Source: the human T2T-CHM13v2.0 reference genome, Homo sapiens. From it: DNA of 64,000 bases. The position numbers were made by a program, and so were the translations under genes. The stretch lies in assembly GCF_009914755.1 (NCBI RefSeq), contig NC_060926.1; one strand, 5' to 3'. Numbering within the stretch: position 1 is the stretch's first letter; every line of letters starts with the position of its first letter. Of the stretch, positions 1-20,083 are shown one piece after another. The notes under the pieces are model-generated. The model saw only the letters and a list, made by a program, of their open reading frames with translations. It was not told the DNA's origin and ran no database searches.

Positions 1-307
1 TTTCCTCTTTGTGCAGTGCGGTTTGGCTACTGGGCTATCAGGAATTAGGCATAAGCATTTTTGAATCTTGATTTTCTTCCTTTGGAACTTCAACTAAAAT
101 ACTTGATTTTTGAGGATCATTTTACTTTTTTCTAGGATGAGCAACCAGAAGATGTGATATTTTAGAATAATTAACCAGTAATTGTGAAATACATCGCTTT
201 GTCAATGTTAATATGAAAAAACCCATGTTATTCTATATTCAAAATGTTGAAATTGATCATGAGTTCTAAATAGCAGTAAACCTTATTTTATCTATTTATT
301 TTCACAG

Positions 308-400
308 TTGGATGTACTGGAATATATACATGAAAATGAATATGTTCATGGTGATGTAAAAGCAGCAAATCTACTTTTGGGTTACAAAAATCCAGACCAG
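308..400 (+). CDS. VRK2: VRK2 coding exon (~exon 7), kinase catalytic loop
   Basis: ttcacag|TTG...CAG|gtaaat, 93 nt, phase 0-0. Translates [31 protein letters not shown] (VRK-family HGDxKAAN loop). Confidence 0.97.
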
Positions 401-574
401 GTAAATACATACTTTTGCTTTTAATAAAGGTCTTTAATGTATGAAACTGAAACATTCAGAAAACAAACTTCTAACCCAGAAGAGTTTACAAATGAGGGCG
501 TAACATGATGAATGTTGTAATTTATCTTACCTGCTTATCTAATTTAATCTTTGTACCAAACTAATGAGTAATTA

Positions 575-660
575 GGATGAGAAACTGAGAGTCAGAGGGG
601 TTAAATAATATGTTAATGGGCACACAGTTAAGAAGTGGCTGAGCAGGAATTTGAATTTCT
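575..660 (-). mobile_element. MIR fragment
   Basis: gatgagaaactgagagtcagaggggttaaataa...cacacagttaagaagtggctgagcaggaatttgaa matches the reverse complement of the MIR core. Confidence 0.7.
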
Positions 661-753
661 GAGCAAATATAGATAAGCAAAGAACCATCAAAATCCAGTG
701 GGAGTAGAGATGGATTTATGTAGAGGTTAAAACACTGTCATATTAGTTCATCA

Positions 754-2205
<1,452 letters not shown>

Positions 2206-2700
2206 TAAAGAGTTAAATGATTGAGTCTATAAAAAATTAGAAAAAATGTAATTGAATATTTGATCTCTGCATTGGTTAAATTTCTTAATAAAAATTTTTT
2301 CAAAATGAAAGGTGAATGAGAAACTGGGAAATAGATAGATAACAAATATTTGAGAATATCTAGCCGGTACTAAAAAAAAAATTAAGAAAAACACTAAATA
2401 CCTTGTTAAAGCGATGATCGAAAAGAATGAATAAACAGAACAGAGAAGGAATATGACTGTCCTAGAAACAGGAAAAAAGGCTACCTTTGTGAAAAATGAG
2501 AAGATAAGGAGACCAAAACAGCGAGGCACCCTTTTTAAAGGACTTATCAAATTGGAGAGGTCTAAAATAATAGTCTGATAATATTGAGGCTGATAAAGGT
2601 ACCAGCACTTTTAGAATGCCCTTTGGGAATGTAAATTAAATGGTATAAGAAAGTTAGTGGAAGGGAATTTGGCAATATCTGCATACTTTTCAAAGATTAG

Positions 2701-3337
2701 GTTTTTTGAGATATAATTTACAAACAGTAAATGTCACGCTTTTAAATGTACAGTTTGATATCTTTTGACAGATGTATGTATCATGTAACCACTACTGCCA
2801 CCAAGATGTAGAACATTTCTTTCATTCCCAAAAGTTCTCTCATTCCTGTTTAGAGTCAGTCCCCTTCTCCTGGCATTGCTCCCAGCCCCAGGAGATGATT
2901 TCTGTCCCTATATTTTTACATTTTCAGGAATGGTATATAAGTGGAATTGTAAGGTATGTACTGTTTTGGGTCTGTTTTCCTTCACTTAACATAATGCTTT
3001 TGAGATTTATCTTTGTAGGTCATTAGTAGTTCATTCCTTTTTATTGCTGAGTAGTATTCTATTGAAAACTGCTACAATTTCTGTTCACCTGTTGATGGCT
3101 ATCTGGGTTGTTTTCAGTTTTTGACAGTTATAAATAAAGTTGCTATAAGCTAAGCATTCACATACAGCCTTTTGTGGAGACATATGTTTCACTTTCTTTT
3201 GAGTAAATAACTAGGAGTGGAATTTCTGGGTCATATGAAAGTGTATGTTTCACATGGAAACTGCCAAGTTGTTTTCTGGAGTGACTGTACCATTAAACAT
3301 TCCCATCAGCAATGTGTGATATTTCATTTGCTCCACC
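2701..3337 (-). mobile_element. Old L1M (MB/ME-type) 3' fragment
   Basis: gagatataatttaca...aaatgtacagttt and ttcattcctttttattgctgagtagtatt match the L1M 3' end in reverse. Confidence 0.8.
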
Positions 3338-3344
3338 TGGTTTC

Positions 3345-5325
<1,981 letters not shown>

Positions 5326-5339
5326 TTTTTAAACTTAAA

Positions 5340-8030
<2,691 letters not shown>

Positions 8031-8249
8031 ACTATATTTGTTGTGTTTTCATCTTGTTTTATGTGTTTTTTTAAATCTTTCAAGTTGTTTAGGGGGAGAG
8101 GGACTATTTATGAAAGTTTGTAATTTTTATTGTAGTACTTGCTACAACAACAGTAGTTGTATCATATTTAGCAGAGGAAATGTAGTTTGTCCCCTGTACT
8201 GTTTGGTTAAAAATGTAAATTAAAAATTAAAATTTAAAATTAAATTATA

Positions 8250-9444
8250 CAGTCATGTACCATATTATGATGTTTTAGTCAGCAACGGACCACATATACA
8301 ACAGTGGTCCTGTAAGATTATATTGGAGCTGGAAAGTTTCTATTGCCTAGTAATATCACAGCCATAGTAATGCCATAGGGCAACACATTACTCATGTGTT
8401 TGCAGTAATGCTGGTATAAACAAACCTGTGCTGCTCTTTGTATGAAAGTATAGCACGTAACAATTATGTACACTATATAGTACTTGATAATGATAATAAA
8501 CAACTATGTTACTAGTTTATATGTTTATTTATTATACTATTATTATTTTAGAGTATATTCCTTCTACTTATATAAAAAAAAAGTTAACTGTAAAACAGCC
8601 TCACACAGGCCCTTCAGAAGGTATTCCAGAAGATTGTTTGTTATCATCGGAGAGGACAGCTCCATGCATGTTATTGCCCCTGAAGACCTTCCAGGGGGAT
8701 GAGATGTGGCAGACAGTGATATTCATGATCTTCACCATGTGTAGGTCTAGGCTAATGGGTGTGTGATTGTGTCTTATTTTTTAACAAAAAGATTTAAAAA
8801 AATAAAAAAGAAAATAAATATAGAAAAAGCCTACAGAATAAGGATATAAAGTATTTTTGTATAGCTATACAATGTTTGTTTAAAGCTAAGTGTTATGACA
8901 AAAGAGTCAAAAAGTTTTAAAAAAATAAATAGTTTATAAAGTATGGTATGGTAAGCTAAGGTTAATTTATTATTGCAGAAAGAAAAAAACTGTAAACACA
9001 TTTAATGTAGCCTACGTGTACAGTGTTTTATAAGTCTACAGTAGCATACAGTAATGTCCTAGGCCTTCACATTCACTCACCACTCACTCACTGACTCATC
9101 TAGAGTAACTTCCAGTCTTGTAAGTTCCATTCGTGGTAAATGCCCTATACAGCTATACCATTTTCAAATCTTTTATATGGTACTTTTAATATACCTTTTT
9201 ATGTTTAGATATATTTAGATACACAAATGCTATTGTGTTACAGTTGTCTGCAGTATTTACTATAGTAACATGCTGTATAGGTTTGTAGCCTAGGAGCTAT
9301 AAGTTGTACCATATAGCCTAGGTGTGTAGAAGGCTGTACTATCAGGGGTTGTGTAAGTACACTCTAGGATGTTCATACAATGATGAAATTACCTAACAAT
9401 ACATTTCTTAGAACATATCCCTGTCATTAAGCAATGCATGACTA
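8250..9444 (+). mobile_element. Tigger3b-like (MER7) TcMar-Tigger DNA transposon, ~1.2 kb
   Basis: TA|CAGTCATG ... GCATGACTA|TA terminal inverted ends with TA TSD; internal ggaccacatatacaacagtggtcc...agattata. Confidence 0.88.
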
Positions 9445-10429
9445 TATTAAGAAACATGTACTTACAGAAGTGATACGTCTTAAGAAAAGACAATAAAAAT
9501 CCATTTTAACTAACTTTTTGGTCATTTATTGTGTTAGGCATTATGTTGTATGCTTTAATAATATTATGTTTATAATTACAAATTTGTGCTTCATTGATAG
9601 GTAGGTAGATATTATCCTCTTGGACCACCTAACCTAAATTTTTAAGCTCTCTTTGAAACCTTGCTGATTTTGGAATATGATATGGTGTTGCACAATCGAT
9701 AACTAGAACAGTGGCCTTATAAGGGCTGATCTAGTATTTGGAAAACAAATGTATCCTTCTGGTTTCCTTACTTATAATGGAATTATCAAAAATGATAGTG
9801 GTGTTTCGAGTAATGCCCACTTGCCTATATCTCCCAGTGTCACTTGGAGGAAGTTGATGCAGTTTGAGATTACAACTTTTATTTCAGTGGTGCAGATGCT
9901 CACATCTGGAAAGGCACCTCTTTGTTTATCAGAGACATATTCTTTTCATGCAACAGTTTATATGAAGCCTTTCTTAATGATTCTAGTCTATACTGAGCTT
10001 TTCCTTTTTCTAATTTCCTATAGCTCCTAATGTATATTTTAAGCCTGTGAGTGCTCAGGTCTCACTTGCCTTCGTGTTGTCTTACATTCTGAACTAGAAT
10101 GAACTCCTGAGATATACTTCTTTTATATTCCTCGCAGCATGTGTATTTGTATTCCTTTCCTATAACCCTTTAAGAAATACTTTATTGACTGCTTAAGGCA
10201 TGAGGCCAGTCTTGATGCAATATCTGTCATCTCAGTGCCAGGAATACCTTGATTGTAGAGCTCCTTGCCCCATTATGCTGCATGTGTTTCTGTTCTCAAG
10301 CTGCCTACTAGGTCAAAGAGGATGGCCCTCACAGGTAGAGAATAATTCTTCATGTCAACATGTGAATGTTAGTATACCTGTGTTCTTTAAAAACACTTGT
10401 CACAGTGCCTTCTTGATTCCTGGCGATTG

Positions 10430-10598
10430 TGGTGGACTAAGAGTCAAGAGACTAGGTTCTAGTTTCAGCACTGCCATTAAGCAGAATTGCAAATCACTTA
10501 ACCTGTATAGGTTTTGGCTTTCTAGTGTATAAAATATGAGATTTCAACTAAGTGATCTCAAAGGTTCCTTCTAGCTCTAAAATTCTATGATTTTATGA
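10430..10598 (+). mobile_element. MIR3-like SINE
   Basis: MIR core plus tail gatctcaaaggttccttctagctctaaaattctatgatt. Confidence 0.75.
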
Positions 10599-11917
10599 AA
10601 ATGTGTTCTCCAAATACTTAAAGCTCATTGCAGAAGGTAATGTTTCTTATAGTGTTTCCAAAGTGTCTTGCCTATTGTTGTACAGTTAAGGAAGTTGAAA
10701 AGTAGAAAAAAATTTAGTGATCTGGAAGAAGGAGTTGTAATACCTGACCTGTATCTGGTGGCAAAATACTTACTTTCAAAGTTCCTAGGATATTCATAGG
10801 GCAGGGTCATAAGCCTCATTAAATCCGCTTGTTTACTGTTTGCTGAAGGGAATTCTAACACAATCCATTTATCAATCCAGGTTGCTTGTAAAATGGAGTG
10901 TGAATGTGTTTGTAAGAATTTTGCATGGAATGTGCACATAATATGGTCACTATTTAGAAGTAGTGTTTCTTGTGTTCACCATCTATAAAATTTAGTTTTA
11001 ATCACTTCTATATATAAACAATATAAAATTTACTTACTGTAATATCTGTATTTCATTATCTCCAGAATAGTGTTATATATTTTAGCTTAATGATACTATA
11101 ATATTACTAGGTGGTATAGCTGGTGAGACTCCTTTAAAGTGGATAGGGTTTATGTGGATAGCATTATAGTATAGATTAACATGCATGTTATTCTTTCCTT
11201 CCTTGTGAGGTTCTGCTGTATATTTTCAGATAAGCAAAGAGACTTTGGAAATAGTTCCTGTGATTTTAATTATTTGGACTTTTAAAATTAATATTTTATG
11301 AGTTTTACATTAATAGGATTATTTTAAAATTATATACTTTCACTTAATTTTTCTTTGTCTCAGTATAACTATCATATGAATACATTGTTTTTGAACTTTG
11401 ATAATTTGCTATATATCTAGATTTTGTGGATCAGTTCTATAAACTGTTTTAAGGTTCTCTCAGTATTATTTTTCAAAGAAAAATAAACTCTATGCTAAAT
11501 TTTATTTCCATCTAACTTTGTGTAATGTGTTAATACTGCTATTTTACTAAACATCAATTTGTTTATTAAAGTATTTTAAAATTGTTTAATCAAATGCATT
11601 TTTTAGGTGAATAGTGTTCCTATTGTCCAAATAAATTCTTAACATGGGCCAAACCAGATTAGAGCCATATTAAAAAATTCTTGTTTTGAAATCCTATGTA
11701 AATGATAGCTATCTGAATATGGGCTACTAGAGTCTTATTATTATTGGAGGGTAGTGATGGATGGAAAATATTGAAGAAAACAGCATAATAATTATGATTT
11801 AGAATCCATGGTTTCGATATTTAAAATATTTTGTGAGGCTTCTTTTCCAGTGCTCGTAAGATTCCAAGGCAAGTAAGAAGCTGTTACATATATAATTTTC
11901 CCTGCAGAACAATGTGA

Positions 11918-12165
11918 TTTTTTCAGTTTTTTATTTTGAAAATTTTTAAACATACTGAAAAATAGAGAACTCCATATGACTATCACTTTTAAATTTTTTA
12001 TCTATTTTAGATGGAAATATTTTAAAGTAAATTATAGATATCATTACATTTTACTTAAATACTTTAGTATGTATGCATCTCCAAAAACTAAGGACAATTC
12101 ACTATATTATCAGAATGTGATTACTACTCTTAACAAACTTCACAGTCATTCCTTAACGTCAGGTA
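11918..12165 (-). mobile_element. L1MC4/5-like 3' fragment
   Basis: tttattttgaaaatttttaaacatac...aaatactttagtatgta...aaggaca pattern. Confidence 0.55.
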
Positions 12166-12894
12166 CAGTTTTATCTTCCATTTTCTTCTTTATCCTAAAA
12201 TATGAGAATATAGAAATACAGATTAATTATTCTAATTGTACTTAAGCTCTCTTTTTCTTTTTTTGTGACTTTTTTTAGTGGACTTCTCTGTGCCACACTT
12301 TCTCTTTCTATAAATCCAGCAGCCTAGATCATGTGATTTCTTTGGTCCCTTTTATCTCTCATAGCCTCTGTCTGACTCACTGGGTAGAACTGGTTGTTAG
12401 CTAAAATCTGATTTAGGAAACTGCTGGTGTAGAACCAGGTGAATGTGATCTCTTTGATATATATGTACATCAGGAGAGCATGTTTCTTATCTTATAAATA
12501 GGAAAACAGGGATTGTGTTTATTTCAACTTATATTTCCAGAAGCTGTTATAGAGCATGAAACATAATAAGCATTCAATAAGTGATGAGGGCACAATGAGA
12601 AATTAAATAGATTAATGCATAAATGAATTTGTTAATCAATGTTCAGGAGTAACAGGTCAAGCCAACCAAGTAGAGCTGGATATACTGTATATAGCCAGGT
12701 ATAGTAACTAAGTCATTTGTAGATTTCTTAAATTCCCATTGGGAAAGATCTACCCAATGTGTCAAAAGATCTTTACTATTTAATATAGCCATTATGATTA
12801 TTTCCTTGCAGAAAACTCTTTTAGCACATTCACATAGAGAAACTGACAATGGGAACTGCTGTGGGTTGAATTGTACCTTCTCAAAAGCTGTTAA

Positions 12895-15800
12895 AGCATC
12901 ATGAGGAAAAAGCCCTCACATATTAATATTAACCTTGAATATAAATGGATTAAATACTCCAATTAAAATACACAGATTGCCAGAATGGATTTTTTTTAAA
13001 AAATGAACCAACTATATACTAGTTACAAGAAACTCACCTTGCTGGTAAAGACACTTATAGATTGAAGGCCAAGGGATTGAAAAAGATATTCCACCCAAGC
13101 AGAAACCAAAAGCAAGCAGGAGTAGCCATGCTTGTATCAGATAAAACAGGCTTTAAATCAAAAACAGTTAAAAAAAAAAAAAAAGACAAAGGAGGTTATT
13201 ATATAATGATAAAACAATTCAACAAGAGGCTATACCAGTCGTAAATATACATGCCCTGAACTCAGGAGCAGCCAGATTCATAAAACAATATTACGAGACC
13301 TAAATAAAGAGATAGCAATACAATAATAATGGGAGACTTCAACACCCCACTCACAGCACCAGACAGATCATTGAGACAGAAAATCAGCAAGGAAACTAGA
13401 CTTAATTGAACATTAGATCAAAAGGATGAAACAGATATTCCAAGAGCTGCAGAATATACATTTTACTCATCATCACAGGGAACATTCTCCAAGATAGACT
13501 GTATGTTAGGCCACAAAACTAGCCTCAATACATTTTAAAAAATCAAAATCATATCAAGTGTCATGTCAGACCACAGTGGAATAAAACTAGAAATTAATAC
13601 CATGAGTAATTATTGAAACTATACAAATACATGGAAATTAAACAACACATTCCTCGCTGATCTTTGGATCAATGATGAAATTCAGATAAAAATTTTTAAA
13701 TTTTTGAAATGAATGAAAATGGAGACACAACATACCAAAGCCTTTGGGATACAGAAAAAAGCACTGCTAACAGGGAAGTTTATATCTTTAAGTGTGTACT
13801 TCAAAAAAAGAAATCACAAATTAACCAAACATCACATCTCAAAAAAATAGAAAAACAAGAACAAACCATACCCATAGCTAGCAGAAGAAAATAAATAGCA
13901 AAGATCAGAGCAGGACTAAGTGAAATTGAGACCAAAAATTAAATAAATAAATAAAAATTAAAATAAAAAAATCAACAAAATGAAAAGTTTGTTCTTTAAA
14001 AAGAAAAACTAAATTGATAAACTACTGGCTACACTAACCAAGAATAGAGAAGTTCCAAATACACATAATCAGAAATTAAAAAGGAGACATTACAACTACT
14101 ACCACAGAAATGCAAGAGATCATCAGAGACTTCTGTGAACAACTATATGCTTATAAACTAGAAAACCTAGAGGAAATGGATACATTCCTAGAAACATACA
14201 ACCTCTCAAGATTGAACCAGGAAGAAATAGAAATCCTGAAGAGACCAATACGAAAGTAGCGAGATAGAATCGGTAATAGAAAAATCTTAACAAACAAAAA
14301 AAGCCAGTAACCAAATGGATTAATTGCCAAATTCTACCAAAAGTACAAAGAAGAACTGGTACCAATCCTACTGAAACTGTTCCAAAAAATCAAGGAAGAG
14401 GAAATTCTCCCTAGTTCATTCTACAAAGCCAGTGTGACCCTTATACCAAAGCTAAACAAGGACAAAACAAAAAAGAAAACGTTGGATCAATATCCCTGAT
14501 GACCATAGATGCAAAGTCCTCAACAAAAACTAGCAAACCAAATCCCACAGTGCATTAAAAAGATAATACACCATGATCAAATAGGTTTCATTCCAGGGAT
14601 GCAAGTATTCTTGTGATGTGATTCATCACATAAGCAGAATTAAAAACAAAAACCATATGATTATACATGCAGAAAAAAAGCATGTGATAAAATTCAGCAT
14701 CTCTTCATGATAGAAACCCTCTACAAACCAGACGTAGAAGGAACATACCTCAAAATAACAAAGGCCATATATGCCAACATCATACTAAATGGGGGAAGGT
14801 TGAAAGCAATCTCCCTACAAACTGGAATAAGACAAGAATGCCCACTTTTACCACTCCTATTTATCATAGTAGTGGATAGCCTAGCTAGAGCATTCATGCA
14901 AGAGAAAGAAATGAAATACATCCAGATTGCAAAAGAAGAAATCGAATTATCTCTATTTGCCAACAATATGATCTTATATTTAGAAAACCCTAAAAACTCC
15001 TGCAAAAAACTCTTAATTTTGTTAAATGAATTTAGCAAAGTTTGAGGATATAAAATCAATGTATAAAAATCAGTAGTATTTCTATACACCAATAACAGTG
15101 AAGCTAAGAACCAAATCGAAAAGGCAATTTTATTTACAGTAACTAAAAAAATGAAATAAAATACCTAAGAATATATTTAACCAAGAAAGTGAAAGATCTC
15201 TACAAGGAAAACTACAAAACAGTGGTGAAATAAATTGTAGATGACACAAACAAATGGAAAAACATTCCATGCTTATAGATCAGAAGAATTGTTAAAATGA
15301 GCACAGTGCCCAAAACAATCTGCAGATTCAGTGCAATCTCTATCCAAATACAAGCATCATTTTTCACAGAATTAGACAAAACCATCCTGAAATTCACATA
15401 GAACTGAAAAGGGGGCCTGAATAGCCAAAGCAACCCTAAGCCCAAAGAACAAAGCTGGAGGCATCACATTACCTGACCACAAATTATACTGCAAGGCTAT
15501 AGTAACCAAAACAGCATGGTTCTGGTATCAAAATAGACACATAGATCAGTGGAACAGAATAGAGAACCAATAAATAAAGCTACATATCTACACCCAAGTG
15601 ATTGTTGATAGAGTCAACAAAAATGCACACTGGGGAAAGGACACCCTGTTCAATAAATTGTGCTGGGAAAATTGGATTGCCATATACAGAATAATGAAAA
15701 TGGACCCCTATCTCTCACCATATACAACAGTCAACTCAAGATGGATTAAAGACCTAAATGTAAGGGCTGAAACTATAAAAAATACTAGAAGTAAAACAAG

Positions 15801-16225
15801 GGAAAGCTCTTGTGGACATTGGTCTAGGTAAATAATTATAGACTAAGACCTGAAAAGCTTAAGCAACAAAAATAGACAAGTGGGATTTAATTAAACTGAA
15901 AAACCTCTGCACAGCAAGAGAAACAATCAACCAAGTGAACAGACAACCTGCAGAGTGGAAGAAAATATTTGCAAACAATGCATATGACAAAGGGCTAATA
16001 TCCAGAATCTATAAGGAACTTGACAAGAAAAAAAAATAACCCCATTAAAAGATGGGCAAAAGACATGAACAGATATTGTTTAAAATAAGACATAAAAATA
16101 GCCAATAAATATATGGAAAAAATGCTCAACATCACTAATCATCAGAGAAATGCAAATTAAAACCAACTGAGATATCATCTTATGCCAGTCAGAGTAGCTA
16201 TTATGAGAAAGACAAAAAATAACAT
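12895..16225 (+). mobile_element. L1MA/L1PB-type element, ~3.3 kb of degenerate ORF2 (EN to RT to C-terminus), truncated at both ends
   Basis: Starts at the EN N-terminus (ttaaccttgaatataaatggattaaat). ORF fragments [27 protein letters not shown] and [15 protein letters not shown]; many stops and frameshifts. Confidence 0.92.
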
Positions 16226-17611
16226 GTTTTCTAAAACCCAGATGCATACATGACCAAAGAGCAATTTATGACCAAAATATTTGAGCATCCTGCTTCACAA
16301 ACTGTTACATATAGGCTTTTTTTTTTCAGTTAGTGTGGGAAAATGGCATTTCTGAATTTTGAATTACTCCTTGAACTGTGTAAATTAAATGAATTAACAG
16401 GTGCCCTTTTTTAGTGGCTCTTAAAAATCATGGAACTCCAAGGGGCTATGCAGGTAGCACTATTGCTAGCGACCTCAAATACTATCTTTGAATTTAATAG
16501 AATATGTAGTTAGTGTAAACCAAGTAGGCTACTTCCAATGCTGGTTAGTTGTGTTTTATGTAGACACAGCCTATGTATGTTGAACCTTTTTATAATATAC
16601 CAATGACAGTCAAATTATATCAGCTAACATTTTGTGAGTGTCTGCTGTTTACAGATATACCAAGCTCTGATAATGCTTACTGATATACTGAAAAGTCTTG
16701 ATTAGGTTCAGATTTGAATCAGACAAAGAGGAAGACCATTAAGCCAATGCAATCCAGATTTCCCTCTTCCATTGCTTTTTTAATTTTGTTAATATACACA
16801 CACAGGTTGTGTGTCTTGATTAGATTGGAAATTGAGAGTATCATAGGTTTTTTCTTATAATCCTTGAGAACTTGTGTCAAAAGGACAAGTTGGAAATAGA
16901 CTGTAATTGGAAAGATTTTCTATAATAGGTGAAGGTATTTTTAGTAAAGAGGCAACTGCTAGCCTATGAACTATTGAGGGAATTTTCCCCAGAAGTCTGG
17001 AAAGCCTGTTAAGTCACAGTCCTATTTAATCAAACAGGCTTTGATGTTTTGCTAAAAGAACCAGGTTAGAATAGAAAAGCAGATCATGAGGTCAAAATGC
17101 TATTATCATTTATAATATTACTAAATATACATCAAGGTTTTGTTTTGATACTTTAATTTATGGCAGTATTTAAGGCAGTCATAGTCTTGGTCCTAATGGG
17201 GCAGTAGATGGAATGACGCAGTAATAGAGGCACAGCTTTTCTGGTGGTTATCCAATATAATGACTTCATGAGCATGTCATTAAGTCTTTCACTCTCAAAA
17301 AATATGAAAGGATAAAATTTTCAGTTTGTAAATATGAATAGATAGTTATAAGATCTAGGAGGAAAAAATGATCCAACATACAAAGCAGATTATTTTTAAG
17401 GATAAGCACATGTTGCTTCCATCAAAACAGAAACTGCTTTTTACAGCTCACTAAAAGATAAAAGATAAACTATAGTTTTGAAAACTATATCTTCATGCTT
17501 ATTCTAATAAACCTCATATTTGAAAAGTAAGCCAGCACCTCTTTAAGGTTCTGTTACTTTGTCTACATGGAATTGTGATAAAGCACTAGTATCATTTGTA
17601 GGGTTTTATTA

Positions 17612-17944
17612 TTGGCAAACAAGGCAGGGAAATTGAGGAGAAACAAAAAAGTACTGTATGATAATACAAAACACAAATTTGCATCAAAACATAGTAGCAT
17701 CTTTGAGGCTACATCCATGTTTTAACAGATATGAGTGATTCTTGTGAACATAAACATGTTGCTGCTTCATTTGTCATATAGTGGTTTCATAAGTATGCAT
17801 GTAATTTATTGTGAAGATTTTTGCCTTATGGTATCTTGTGGAAAGATAGGAAAATATTATTCCCTATTCAAATAAGATAAATGATGGCTTTTTGTTTTAA
17901 AGAAAAGCTTTAAAGTTGCTGAATACATATATATACTCTTCCCA
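17612..17944. repeat. Left arm of a long inverted repeat (partner 20921-21274)
   Basis: Manual alignment with the reverse complement of 20921-21274: 12 mismatches over the first ~160 bp, roughly 80-85% identity with small indels over the rest. Confidence 0.95.
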
Positions 17945-18879
17945 GTGGGTTTTTCTTTTTTATTGATTGAAGACCTTTTATTTTTTTTGTAAAACAGCTA
18001 ACTACAATGCTGTTCATACTGCAAAGTAACTGGCCTTTTTCAGTTTCTTGTGAATCCATTCAGTTTCAAGGTCTTCTCTCTTTACGCATGATATTTTCTG
18101 GAACAATTTATGAAGTTTAAAAAGTGGTGTCTAGCTTGCCATTTTTAATAGTCATGAATAGTGACTTTCTTCCTAGTATAATTTTCATCAGTCTCTCATT
18201 ATGAGACTTTAATGGACACATTTCTCATTACAGCAAGGTGTGCTAATTAAGAAGATTTAATTGTACAAAATTGTCTAAATTATAAGGTGGTATATTGTAC
18301 AACAGGAAAAATTAGTTTACTTAATATTGTTCTTCATAAGCGACCTCATTTTGAGAGCTGTGTATGCATCTATTCTCTCATGTGAATCTTCATTGTGGAC
18401 ATAAAATAGTAAACAAATGTGATTTAATGTGTGGTCACATCCCAGTGGACAGTGACATTTGTTCACGTTAGTGTCCTGCTTCTTTCTCTGCCAGCTCCAA
18501 ATGTTTTTCTCCCTGTCTTCAGCTTACATTCTCCTACTTCTTATATCAACGTCGTATCAAGCATTGAGAAATGCTTCCATTTGAGCCAGTCTGGCTGCTT
18601 GCTACTCAGGATTCTCGGTTGCGTGAGAAGCAGGAAAGCAGCAGATTTTACCCTTGTTGGGAAAGAGGCCCTTTACGTCTTTCCATCAACTTTTACTCTG
18701 TCACTCAGTCCTCCATAAACGGACAAACCAGGAACTAGTTGGATTAGGGTGTTAGTCACCAGTCAGCTAGTTTGCTTTTGGTACAGAAGTGATTGAGTCA
18801 TTTTCTTACCAAATCTCTCCTTCCTCTTCTTACTCTCTTTTTCTCTATTTATTGAATCATCACTTACTCAGCCAGTTAC

Positions 18880-19490
18880 ACTGTTTTCAGAGTTGTCTTT
18901 GACTCTCTTTCTCTCAACCCTCTTATCCAGTAACTCGTGGATCTCTTCTTTGTCTCCCTTCTGCTCACCACTGTCCTAGTCCGAGTTCCTGTTGATTGCC
19001 TGTATTGTTATATTCTCCTAAATGGACTCTCTGCATCCATTTCCTCCTTATGATGCTGCCAGTGCTGATATTATTATTCTTTGCCAGAAAAATCCTTCCG
19101 TGACATCTATTTGCTTACAAAAATTGTGCCCCACCTTCTTAGCATGGTTTCCAAGGCTCTCTGGAAACTGATGCAAACCTTTCTTTCTTTCTTTCTTTTT
19201 TTTTCCTGGCTTGTGTTGTGTTCCCACCAACTTCTCCGCCCTCAACACACACTGACACATGCTCTGGTTGCCCTCTTGTATGTTTCTTCTTCCCTGTCTC
19301 CATCTGTGGAAGTCTTAGAAATTATTCAGTACCCAACTTAAATGTTGCTTCTTTCTCTGAGTCTCCCTGTTAGAAATAGCCTTTCCTTGCTGTAAAATTT
19401 CATAGACTTTTATGCTTTTGTCAGAGTATATGTTACCTCTAGGCCTGTAGATGTGCTTATGCCATCTCCCTTTCTGCTATGTGAGGCACA
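18880..19490 (+). mobile_element. L2 3' fragment, decayed
   Basis: gtctttgactctctttctctcaaccctcttatccag and ctcctaaatggactctctgc resemble the L2 consensus. Confidence 0.55.
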
Positions 19491-19494
19491 TGGA

Positions 19495-19710
19495 AAATAA
19501 CTCAGAACTTCTGGTCAGATTGATTTAGGTTCAAATCTCAGCTTTGCCAGTTACTAGAATTTATTTGTTTTACATAGATCACCTACCCTTACTCATCCTT
19601 TTTTCTCATTCTCAAAAGATCTTAAAATAACTTCTTAGGGTCATGAGGATTAAATGATTTGACTTATGTAAAGTACTTAATGCTCTTACAGCAAGTATTT
19701 GATAAGTATG
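19495..19710 (+). mobile_element. MIR fragment
   Basis: taggttcaaatctcagctttgccagttactag...tgaggattaaatga...atgtaaagtactta. Confidence 0.7.
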
Positions 19711-20083
19711 CATTCATTTTTCTTTTTCTTTTTTGAAGTGTATATTTCCTGTTTATTATGCTTGGCACTCAGGTATCTGTTAAGCTTGGCACTCAGGTAT
19801 CTGTTAAAAAAATTTAGTTCAGTTTGTCTAATTATTATCAATTAAATCAATTAAAATTTATTCAAACCAACTGTGCAGAAGGCCTTAGAGTAGGTGCTGT
19901 TATGGATACAAAAATGTATATATGACATTATCCCAGTCCCTCAACCCCTAGGAGCCTACAGCCTTTAACTGTGGAGCCAAAGCATAAATTTAAAAAAGCT
20001 AAATAACTTTGTACATTGTTAAAATAGCAGATTCATGTGGACAAGGTGAAAACCCAGTAAATTGCCTTGTGCTTAAAAGGATC

